Assembly (NCBI RefSeq): GCF_000186885.1
Contig: NC_014972.1
Span: 2,220,001 to 2,252,000, forward strand
Source: Desulfobulbus propionicus DSM 2032
GTDB lineage: Bacteria > Desulfobacterota > Desulfobulbia > Desulfobulbales > Desulfobulbaceae
Length of the DNA: 32,000 bases
Direction of reading: 5' to 3'
Of the stretch, positions 24,809 through 32,000 are shown piece after piece (positions within the stretch are counted from its first letter, which is position 1; every line of letters starts with the position of its first letter). The notes beneath the pieces are model-generated. The model was not told the DNA's origin. It saw only the letters and a program-made list of their open reading frames with translations, and ran no database searches. Made by a program: the position numbers and the translations under genes.

Positions 24809-26233
24809 ATGGACACCGAGCAGCTCGTCAATCAACTCGCGGCCATTGTCGGTCGGGAGAACGTTTCCGCCAGCGCCGTCGACCGGATCACCCACTCTTT
24901 TGACGCCACCCAGCGCCAATGCCTGCCGGACGTGGTGGTGCATCCAGCCAGTGCCGGGGAAATCAGCCAGATTGTCGGTCTGGCCAACGAAAAACGCATC
25001 CCCATCCTTCCCCGGGGCGCGGGCAGCGGCTTCACCGGCGGCAGCCTGCCCGTGCGGGGCGGCATCGTGCTGGTGCTCACGCGGATGAACCGCATCCTGG
25101 AGATCGATGTCGACAACCTGATCGCCGTGGTCGAGCCCGGGGTGGTCACCGCCCGGCTGCAACGGGAGGTGGAACGGCTGGGCCTGTTTTACCCGCCCGA
25201 CCCGGCTTCCAAGGATTTTTCCACCCTGGGCGGCAACATCGCCGAGTGCGCCGGCGGACCGCGCTGCGTCAAGTACGGCGTCACCCGCGACTATGTGCTG
25301 GGGCTGGAGGTGGTCACCCCCACCGGCGACATCATCCACACCGGCGGCCGGGCGATCAAGAACGTGGTCGGCTATGACCTGACCCGGTTGTTTGTCGGCT
25401 CCGAGGGGACGCTGGGCATTGTCACCCGCATCATTCTCCGCCTCCTGCCCAAGCCCGAGGCGCGCAAGACCATGCTGGTCGCCTTCTCGTCCATCGACGG
25501 CGCGGCCCGGGCGGTGTCGGCCATCATCCGTGGCAAGATCATCCCCGCCACCCTGGAATTCATGGATGCCTCGGCCATCGACTGCGTGCGCAAGGCCGCG
25601 CCGCTCGACCTGCCGCTGACCTGCCGGGCGGTGCTGATCATCGAGGTTGACGGCGATCAAGCGCAACTCGACGGCCAGGCCGCCCGCATCCTGGAAATCA
25701 TCCAGCCGTTGGGCGTGGTGGAAACACGGGTGGCGGCAACCGCCGACGAATCGGAGGCGATCTGGAAGGTGCGGCGCAGCGTTAGCCCCAGTCTGCGCAT
25801 CCTCAATCCCAACAAGTTCAACGAGGACATCGTCGTGCCGCGCTCGCGGGTACCGGAGATGATCCGTGCCCTGGAGGCCATCTCCAACCGGTACGGGGTG
25901 CCGATCGTCAACTTCGGCCATGCGGGCGATGGCAATATCCACGTCAATGTCATGGTCGATCTGCGGCAATCCGGGATGCAGGTAAAGGTGGAGCAGGCTC
26001 TGCATGACATCTTCCGCACCACCGTTGATCTCGGCGGATCGGTCAGCGGCGAACACGGTATCGGCACGGCCAAGGCCCCTTACATCGCCATGGAACTGGA
26101 CCCGGCCACCCTGGCCACCATGCGTGCCATCAAACAAGCCCTGGATCCCCGCAACATCATGAATCCGGGCAAGATCTTTCCGCCCGAGGAAGGGCAGCCG
26201 TCCTGCGTCCCCACGGTTTCGCCATCGCCATGA
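24809..26233 (+). CDS. glcD: FAD-linked oxidase, GlcD-type (D-lactate dehydrogenase / glycolate oxidase subunit)
   Basis: ORF 24791 (TTG)..26233, start set at ATG24809 (MDTEQL). It has the PCMH FAD-binding region IPILPRGAGSGFTGGSLP and the C-terminal GSVSGEHGIG. Its stop overlaps the next start (ATGA at 26230-26233). Confidence 0.88.
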   Translation: MDTEQLVNQLAAIVGRENVSASAVDRITHSFDATQRQCLPDVVVHPASAGEISQIVGLANEKRIPILPRGAGSGFTGGSLPVRGGIVLVLTRMNRILEIDVDNLIAVVEPGVVTARLQREVERLGLFYPPDPASKDFSTLGGNIAECAGGPRCVKYGVTRDYVLGLEVVTPTGDIIHTGGRAIKNVVGYDLTRLFVGSEGTLGIVTRIILRLLPKPEARKTMLVAFSSIDGAARAVSAIIRGKIIPATLEFMDASAIDCVRKAAPLDLPLTCRAVLIIEVDGDQAQLDGQAARILEIIQPLGVVETRVAATADESEAIWKVRRSVSPSLRILNPNKFNEDIVVPRSRVPEMIRALEAISNRYGVPIVNFGHAGDGNIHVNVMVDLRQSGMQVKVEQALHDIFRTTVDLGGSVSGEHGIGTAKAPYIAMELDPATLATMRAIKQALDPRNIMNPGKIFPPEEGQPSCVPTVSPSP

Positions 26234-27489
26234 ACGAATTGCATTCACTGGAACACTACCGCGAGGCAATCGCCCAATGCGTGCGCTGCGGCGCCTGCCA
26301 AGCCCACTGCCCGGTATATCGGGAGACCGGCCGCGAGGGCTCGGTGGCCCGGGGCAAGATCGTGCTGGCGGCGGCGGTGCTCAACGGCGAGGTCGGGCTG
26401 GATGAGCGGCTGCGCGAGGAGATCGGCCTCTGTCTGCTGTGCGGTTCCTGCGTGGTCAAATGCCCCAACCGGGTGCCCACCGATGCCATTGTCGGCGCGC
26501 TTCGCCGACAGATCACCGCCGAGCACGGCCTGTCGCCGATCGGCAAGGGGGTGGCGGCCCTGACCGGGTCCAAGTCGTTGCTCAAAACCCTGGTGAAAGG
26601 CGCGGACCTGCTCTCGCCCCTGCTGTTCAAAAAAATCCCCGAAAGCAGTGGCCTGCGGCTGCGATTCTCGCCGGAACTGCTGCGGGAACGCAGCCTGCCG
26701 CCGATTGCCGACCGGGATCTCTTTGCCCGGGTGCCGGAGTTTCTTGAGGGCGAGGCAGACAAACCGGTGCTGGGAGTCTTTGCCGGCTGCGCCCTCACCT
26801 ACCTCTACCCCCAGATAGGGGAACTGCTGGTGCGCCTGCCGCACCGCCTCGGCTATTCGGTGTTTCTCCCCAGAGCCCAGGGCTGCTGCGGCATGCCGGC
26901 CCTGTCCTCGGGCAACGGACCGCTGATCGACAAGCTCTCAACCGCCAATATCAGGGCCTTTGCCGGCCGCGAGGTGACGGCCGTCCTCACCGCCTGCGCT
27001 TCCTGCCACGGCATGCTCGCCGGCCATTCCGGCAAACAGGCGGGCACGCCTTTTACCGCGCCGCTGATGGACATCCATGCGTTTTTCCACCAGCAGGGGC
27101 TGGTCGATCGCCTGGCATCGCTTCCCCGATGGCAACAGCGCATCCGGGTCACCTACCACGACCCCTGCCATCTCCGCGGCGCGGGGATCGTCAAGGAACC
27201 GCGCGCCCTGTTGCGCGCCCTGCCCCAGGTCGATTTTGTCGACATGGAAGACGCCGGACTGTGCTGCGGCCTGGGCGGCACCTTCACCGCCGCGCATCCG
27301 GAACTGAGCCGCACCATCGGCGACCGCAAAGTCCAGGGTCTGCGGGCAAGCGGGGCGGCCGTGGTAGCCAGCGGCTGTCCCGGCTGCATTCTCCAACTGC
27401 AGGATATCATCGACCGATCCGGCCTGCCGATACGCGCGGTGCATACCCTGGAACTGATCCACCAGGCCCTCAACGAGCCAGCGCAATGA
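26230..27489 (+). CDS. glcF: GlcF-like Fe-S subunit with two CCG domains
   Basis: 419 aa. It has two ferredoxin-type motifs (CVRCGACQAHCP, CLLCGSCVVKCP) and two CCG motifs (GCCGMP, LCCGLGG). It is translationally coupled on both sides. Confidence 0.85.
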   Translation: MNELHSLEHYREAIAQCVRCGACQAHCPVYRETGREGSVARGKIVLAAAVLNGEVGLDERLREEIGLCLLCGSCVVKCPNRVPTDAIVGALRRQITAEHGLSPIGKGVAALTGSKSLLKTLVKGADLLSPLLFKKIPESSGLRLRFSPELLRERSLPPIADRDLFARVPEFLEGEADKPVLGVFAGCALTYLYPQIGELLVRLPHRLGYSVFLPRAQGCCGMPALSSGNGPLIDKLSTANIRAFAGREVTAVLTACASCHGMLAGHSGKQAGTPFTAPLMDIHAFFHQQGLVDRLASLPRWQQRIRVTYHDPCHLRGAGIVKEPRALLRALPQVDFVDMEDAGLCCGLGGTFTAAHPELSRTIGDRKVQGLRASGAAVVASGCPGCILQLQDIIDRSGLPIRAVHTLELIHQALNEPAQ

Positions 27490-28718
27490 CCGATATTCGC
27501 ACCCTGGACCTGCGCTATGGACGCGACCGTCTCCAGTTCACCGTCCCTGGTCATGCCGACATCCTCGATATTCGCGAGCCACGGGCCACGGTCAGCCGCG
27601 CCTCGTTTCTCGACGGTGTGTACCGTTTACTGCCGTCCTCCCTGCCGCCGGGCCCCATTGCCATTGTCGTCGCCGACAAAACCCGCCTCTGCGACTATCC
27701 CTTGGTCCTGCCCTGGCTGATTGAAGCCCTTCTGGCGCGGGGCGCGCAACACGAACAGATCTGCTTTTATATCGCCTACGGCACCCACAGCCGGCAGAGC
27801 GAGGAAGAATCGCTGGCTGCCTACGGTCCCCTGTACCGCGATTTTCCCTTCATCCACCACCAATGCACCGAACCGGATCGGTTCATTGACCTGGGGCGGA
27901 CCAGTCGCGGCACACCGGCACGCATTCGCAAGGAGTTGCCCGATGCCGAACTGCTCATTACCGTAGGAGCGATTTCCCATCACTATTTCGCGGGATTCGG
28001 CGGTGGCCGCAAACTGCTCTTTCCCGGCTTGGGCGAGCGGGAGGCAATCTATCACAATCATCGGCTGTTTCTCGACCCCCAGCGCCGCGCCTTGACCCAG
28101 GATTGCCAGCCTGGCCAGATTGCCGGCAATCCGGTCGCCGAGGATCTGGCGGAAATCGAGCGGATGTTGCCGCCGTATCATGCCATCCACGGCCTGCTCG
28201 ACAGCCACGGAAGGGTGGCCGCCTTCCGTTTCGGCAACTCACCCGCCGATTTCCTCGCCGTCTGCAACGAGCATGACGCCCTCTACCGTGCGGCAACGAA
28301 CAAACAATATGAATTGGTCCTGGCCTCGGCAGGCGGTTATCCCAAGGACATCAACATGATTCAGACCCACAAGGCCATTGACAACGCGGCCGCCTTTGTC
28401 CGTGACGGCGGCACCCTGATCCTGCTGGCCGAGTGTGCCGATGGTCTTGGCTCTTCCACCTTTCTCCCATATTTCGATCTGGGGAGCCGGCGGGCGGCCT
28501 TTGATCGCCTGGCCGCCAAGTACAGCGGCAACGGCGGCACGGCCCTGGCGATGATGGCCAAAACCGAGCGCATCCGCATCTGTCTGGTCACCGCGTTGGC
28601 GGATTCCCTGTGCCGACGAATCGGCATTGGCCGCATCAGCGGCCACCAAGCGGCCGAACAGGCCGCCCAGGCAGGTGAATTGGCGGTGATCGCCAATGCC
28701 TCGATGCTGATTCGCTGA
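27486..28718 (+). CDS. larA: LarA-family nickel-pincer-dependent (lactate) racemase
   Basis: Start at MTDIRT (ATGA overlap with the glcF stop at 27486-27489). The longer ORF from 27129 is antisense-free read-through. LarA signatures are VVADKTR (DxTR), AYGTHS and SHHYFAGFGGGRK (catalytic His plus cofactor-tethering Lys), followed by IYHNH. Confidence 0.85.
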   Translation: MTDIRTLDLRYGRDRLQFTVPGHADILDIREPRATVSRASFLDGVYRLLPSSLPPGPIAIVVADKTRLCDYPLVLPWLIEALLARGAQHEQICFYIAYGTHSRQSEEESLAAYGPLYRDFPFIHHQCTEPDRFIDLGRTSRGTPARIRKELPDAELLITVGAISHHYFAGFGGGRKLLFPGLGEREAIYHNHRLFLDPQRRALTQDCQPGQIAGNPVAEDLAEIERMLPPYHAIHGLLDSHGRVAAFRFGNSPADFLAVCNEHDALYRAATNKQYELVLASAGGYPKDINMIQTHKAIDNAAAFVRDGGTLILLAECADGLGSSTFLPYFDLGSRRAAFDRLAAKYSGNGGTALAMMAKTERIRICLVTALADSLCRRIGIGRISGHQAAEQAAQAGELAVIANASMLIR

Positions 28719-28871
28719 CGCGCTTGAGCCAATGGCCTGGAGGCCCACAGCGTGGTTGTCACCGTCCGTGCTTTTGCCTGTTGCCAGTTGCTGTCGCCCA
28801 TGCTATGGAATGGCCCTGTATTCATTGGCCGCAACTACGATACCCTGTTTGCAGATTGATTGGAAAAATCC

Positions 28872-30221
28872 ATGACTCCCCAGAAAAAGAACCCGCTCTT
28901 CAGCCTCTTTGCCTCGGTCGAACTGGCCCTGTTTCTGCTTTTTCTCCTGGCAACCACCTCAATCATCGGCACCCTGATCCCGCAAAACAGTCCGCCTGAT
29001 TTCTATATCCAGCGATACGGACATAAGACGGCTCAGCTGCTGCGATTGCTCGACATCCCGGACATGTACAACTCCTGGTGGTTTCTTGCCCTTCTCGCCC
29101 TGTTCGCCTTGAATCTCGTGGTCTGCAGCCTGGAACGCATCCCCCAGGTGGTCCGCACCTTGCGCCGGGATGGCTTGGCCGTGGCTCCCGAACAACTGCC
29201 CAAATTTCCCCTTCACCGGGAGGTTTGCCTTCCCCTTGGCGTGGAGACGGCGGCCGGCCAGGTGGCCGCCCTGTTCAATACCCATGGCTGGCGAACCAGG
29301 GAGGCCGCCACGGCAACAGGCCGCCTTCTTTTTGCCCAGAAAGGAGGGTGGACTCGTTTCGGTGTCTACGTGGTCCACTGCTCGATTCTGATCATCCTCG
29401 TCGGCGCCCTGATCGGTTCTTCGAAAGTGGCCCGCAACGTGTTGCACAATCCTCATTTTGCCTTCAAAGGATCCGTCATGCTTCCGGAAGGGGAAAGCAC
29501 CAATCACATTGTGGCCTTCAAGAGCGGTGAGCACATCGATCTTGATTTCCATCTGCGGTGCAATGCCTTTACCATCGAGTACTATCCCAACGGCATGCCC
29601 AAATCCTATCGTTCCGAGGTGACGATTATCGAAAACGGCCAGCCAGTGCGCGATGCAGTCATCAAGGTCAACCAGCCCCTGACCTATAAAGGAGTCACCT
29701 TTTACCAATCCAGCTACCAACCCTATCAACATTACCGTGTTGCCCTGAACAAGCAGGGGGGTGACGCGACCACCGCGACCATTGCCGCCGCCCAACAGAT
29801 GGACTGGCCCGAGGCCGGAATCAGTTACGGCATCATCAACCGGGAAAGCCAGGGCGAGGTCACCCGGAGGCTGAAGATCTGGTTCAGCGACAACCAGGGC
29901 GAACCGTCGGTGTTCTGGGTCAATGCTGGCCAGGAGGCGGTTGTCGAGCGGCCCTCCGGCACCTATACCCTGACCCTGAATCAGTTGTACGCCACCGGCC
30001 TCCAGGCAACCAAAGATCCAGGCGTTTGGCTGGTGTATGGGGGATGTCTGCTGATGCTGATCGGTCTGTACATCGCCTTTTTCCTGTCGCACCGCAAACT
30101 GTATGCCTTTGTCGAAGGCGAAGGAAACGGCTGCCGCATCCTTTTCGCTGGTGAAGCCAATAAAAACAAGGTAGGTTTTGAGAATACTTTTTCAGAGCTT
30201 ATCAATACCTTACAGAAATAA
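28872..30221 (+). CDS. resB: Cytochrome c biogenesis protein ResB/Ccs1 (System II)
   Basis: ORF 28860 (TTG)..30221, start set at ATG28872. The N-terminal LFASVELALFLLFLLATTSIIGTLIPQN is typical of ResB. It has a large periplasmic domain and a C-terminal TM helix. Confidence 0.88.
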   Translation: MTPQKKNPLFSLFASVELALFLLFLLATTSIIGTLIPQNSPPDFYIQRYGHKTAQLLRLLDIPDMYNSWWFLALLALFALNLVVCSLERIPQVVRTLRRDGLAVAPEQLPKFPLHREVCLPLGVETAAGQVAALFNTHGWRTREAATATGRLLFAQKGGWTRFGVYVVHCSILIILVGALIGSSKVARNVLHNPHFAFKGSVMLPEGESTNHIVAFKSGEHIDLDFHLRCNAFTIEYYPNGMPKSYRSEVTIIENGQPVRDAVIKVNQPLTYKGVTFYQSSYQPYQHYRVALNKQGGDATTATIAAAQQMDWPEAGISYGIINRESQGEVTRRLKIWFSDNQGEPSVFWVNAGQEAVVERPSGTYTLTLNQLYATGLQATKDPGVWLVYGGCLLMLIGLYIAFFLSHRKLYAFVEGEGNGCRILFAGEANKNKVGFENTFSELINTLQK

Positions 30222-30272
30222 TTCAGTTTCGGCGCCCCTTTCCCGGGCATTCTCTCTGGTATCGAGTCGACT

Positions 30273-31121
30273 ATGGACAGTTCTCAACTTTTTGGCGTGA
30301 CCATGATGGCCTATATCCTGGCCGCCGCCTTTTACCTCGGGTTGTTTCTCTTTAAAAGCAAGCGCATGGGACTGATCGGCCTGTTGCTGGCGATCGGCGG
30401 CCTCCTGGTGCAGACCGTGGCCATCGGCTTGCGCTGGCACGAGTCCTACCAGATGGGCGTCGGCCATGCGCCGCTGACTAACATGTATGAATCGCTGATC
30501 TTTTTCGCTTGGTGCACCACCCTGTTTTATCTTGGCCTGGAGTTTCGCTTCAAGACGAGGGTGATGGGGGCCTTTGTAATGCCCTGTGTGGCCATGGCCA
30601 TGGCCTACGCCTCGCTGTCCGATCGAATCGACGACCAAATCAGCCCATTGATTCCGGCCTTGCAATCGAATTGGCTGATCGCCCACGTGGTCACCTGTTT
30701 CATCGGCTATGGCGCTTTTGTGGTGGCCGGTGGTTTGGGGATGATGTATCTGCTCAAGCAATCCGTGTCGAACACCCCCCAGAAGGCCTCACTGTTCGAT
30801 GCCTTGCCGGCATTGAAGGTGATCGACGATCTAACCCATAAAACCATTGTCTTCGGCTTCATCTGGCTGACGGCGGGGATCATCACCGGCGCCATCTGGG
30901 CGAACGAGGCCTGGGGTACCTACTGGAGTTGGGATCCCAAGGAAACCTGGTCGATCATCACCTGGTTTCTGTATGCCTCAACCCTGCATGCCCGGTTCAC
31001 CCGGGGCTGGCGGGGACGACGCATCGCCTGGTTGGCCATTCTCGGACTTTTCGCCGTCTTTTTCACCTACTTTGGCGTGAATTTTCTTCTCTCCGGCCTG
31101 CACAGCTACGGTTCGGTGTGA
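30273..31121 (+). CDS. ccsA: Cytochrome c-type biogenesis protein CcsA/ResC (System II haem handling)
   Basis: 282 aa and polytopic. It has the tryptophan-rich WWD motif WGTYWSWDPKETWS and conserved His residues. Confidence 0.9.
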   Translation: MDSSQLFGVTMMAYILAAAFYLGLFLFKSKRMGLIGLLLAIGGLLVQTVAIGLRWHESYQMGVGHAPLTNMYESLIFFAWCTTLFYLGLEFRFKTRVMGAFVMPCVAMAMAYASLSDRIDDQISPLIPALQSNWLIAHVVTCFIGYGAFVVAGGLGMMYLLKQSVSNTPQKASLFDALPALKVIDDLTHKTIVFGFIWLTAGIITGAIWANEAWGTYWSWDPKETWSIITWFLYASTLHARFTRGWRGRRIAWLAILGLFAVFFTYFGVNFLLSGLHSYGSV

Positions 31122-31164
31122 GCACGCCAGCGACCTCGCAGGGTCGCACGACTCCCCTGGAGGC

Positions 31165-31194
31165 TTGACAAACAACCCGGCGGCGAGCTATACA
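31165..31194 (+). promoter_or_regulatory. Candidate sigma70-type promoter for the cytochrome c3 gene
   Basis: A perfect TTGACA (31165-31170), an 18-nt spacer, then TATACA (31189-31194), about 70 nt upstream of the ATG. The gene has a strong SD (GAAGGAGGAGGAG). Confidence 0.4.
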
Positions 31195-31263
31195 TTTTCG
31201 CAGCGGTTATCCTGTGGTTGTCATGAATAACATTTCAAGAATATTGAAAGAAGGAGGAGGAGC

Positions 31264-31656
31264 ATGAAAAAATGGCTTGCTTGCGGAGCTGTCCTGGCGG
31301 TTTGTTGCGCACCTTGCCTGATGGGCATCGCACAGGCCGCCGACAACGGCCCGGCGGAAATCACCCTGCAGTCCACCATTGATCCGGCCAAGACCCCGAA
31401 ACCGGCACAATTTCCCCATGCGGCCCATCAAAGCCGGTTGGAATGCAAGACCTGCCATCACAGCAAGGGGGCCGATGGCAAACGCATTTCCTATGAGGAA
31501 GGACAAAAGATCGAAAAATGCGAGACGTGCCACAACAGCAAGGCCGGTATGCCGGAAAAGCTTGGCACCTTTAAAAACGCGGCCCATGCCCTGTGTCAGG
31601 ACTGCCACAAAAAGAACAAGCCGGAACTGGCGAAATGCACGGTTTGCCATAAATAA
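31264..31656 (+). CDS. Periplasmic tetrahaem cytochrome c3 family protein
   Basis: 130 aa with a signal peptide. It has four CxxCH sites (CKTCH, CETCH, CQDCH, CTVCH) and the c3-type distal His pair FPHAAH. Confidence 0.9.
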   Translation: MKKWLACGAVLAVCCAPCLMGIAQAADNGPAEITLQSTIDPAKTPKPAQFPHAAHQSRLECKTCHHSKGADGKRISYEEGQKIEKCETCHNSKAGMPEKLGTFKNAAHALCQDCHKKNKPELAKCTVCHK

Positions 31657-31692
31657 GGCAAGAAACTGGATCGTTTTGCCTGTTGCCCAACG

Positions 31693-31740
31693 GCCCAACA
31701 AAAAAGGCTGCCCGAAACCGGGCAGCCTTTTTTGTTGGGC
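31693..31740. terminator. Bidirectional Rho-independent terminator between cytochrome c3 and glyS
   Basis: The stem pairs ggctgcccg (31706-31714) with cgggcagcc (31719-31727), loop aaac. It is flanked by A6 upstream and T6 downstream, and the extended palindrome gcccaacaaaaaa.../...ttttttgttgggc gives a U-tail on both strands. Confidence 0.85.
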
Positions 31741-31781
31741 CTGTTCACATGACGGGGTCAGACAATCGCCTCCTTGGCCGC

Positions 31782-32000
31782 TCACCCTTCCTTCTCGACA
31801 TGCATCCGGGAAATATCACCGACGCGAAGAACCAACTCGCCCAGCGCGGTGAGCAAATTAAGCCGGTTCTGCCGAACCGCTTCGTCCTCGGCCATGACCA
31901 TGACCTTGTCAAAAAATCGGTCGACCGGTTCCTTCATTTCCAGCATCTCCAACAGGGCGGGTTGATATTCCCGTTGTTCGATCATTGGCCACGCCTTTTC
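31782..32000 (-). CDS. glyS: Glycine--tRNA ligase beta subunit, C-terminal end (partial; 5' part lies beyond the window)
   Basis: The frame stays open to the window edge. The sequence ...PVDRFFDKVMVMAEDEAVRQNRLNLLTALGELVLRVGDIS matches the conserved GlyS C-terminus. Confidence 0.75.
   Translation of the reverse strand, partial: EKAWPMIEQREYQPALLEMLEMKEPVDRFFDKVMVMAEDEAVRQNRLNLLTALGELVLRVGDISRMHVEKEG

Noticed and set aside
27129-27485. The 119-codon N-terminal extension of the larA ORF that overlaps glcF.
   Set aside because: The extension is Arg/Pro/Gly-rich read-through in an alternative frame of glcF. The LarA homology begins at MTDIRT, whose ATG forms an ATGA junction with the glcF stop.
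1-32000. A search for mobile elements, CRISPR arrays, tRNA/rRNA genes or island boundaries around the EPS-type locus.
   Set aside because: I noticed no integrase, transposase or recombinase ORFs, no spaced direct repeats, no tRNA-like cloverleaf candidates in the intergenic gaps and no flanking direct repeats. The locus appears embedded among housekeeping genes. Compositional analysis (GC, codon usage) was not computed.

Overview
This is a GC-rich, gene-dense chromosomal segment with about 30 CDS. By eye I found no rRNA, tRNA, CRISPR array, transposase or integrase. The gene content suggests an anaerobic Desulfobacterota/deltaproteobacterium-like host: a tetrahaem cytochrome c3, System II cytochrome c maturation genes resB/ccsA, a GlcD-GlcF-LarA lactate module and a small ferredoxin. 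That taxonomic call is inference only. Housekeeping genes are ppk2, secA, argS, alr, pdxH and the 3' end of glyS. Also present are a GNAT acetyltransferase, a sirtuin, a long MscS-type channel and an envelope-flavoured cluster (DUF2156-like, DmpA-like peptidase, Blc lipocalin, LysE exporter). The stand-out is a translationally coupled four-gene minus-strand operon (20484->14485). It encodes: (1) a soluble protein with three CxxC zinc ribbons and a degenerate GGDEF domain that keeps the RxxD I-site, so a likely c-di-GMP receptor; (2) a processive-type GT2 membrane synthase (D, DxD, ED, QRQRW); (3) a TolC-like outer-membrane protein fused to a ~255-aa C-terminal alpha/beta domain (TIM-barrel-like, putative glycanase); (4) a HlyD-type membrane fusion protein. 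A Tyr/Pro/His-rich lipoprotein and an AT3 acyltransferase follow. I interpret this as a candidate c-di-GMP-gated, synthase-dependent tripartite exopolysaccharide secretion system, with an architecture I do not recognise as described. All family calls rest on motif recognition in the supplied translations. No database search or structure prediction was possible.
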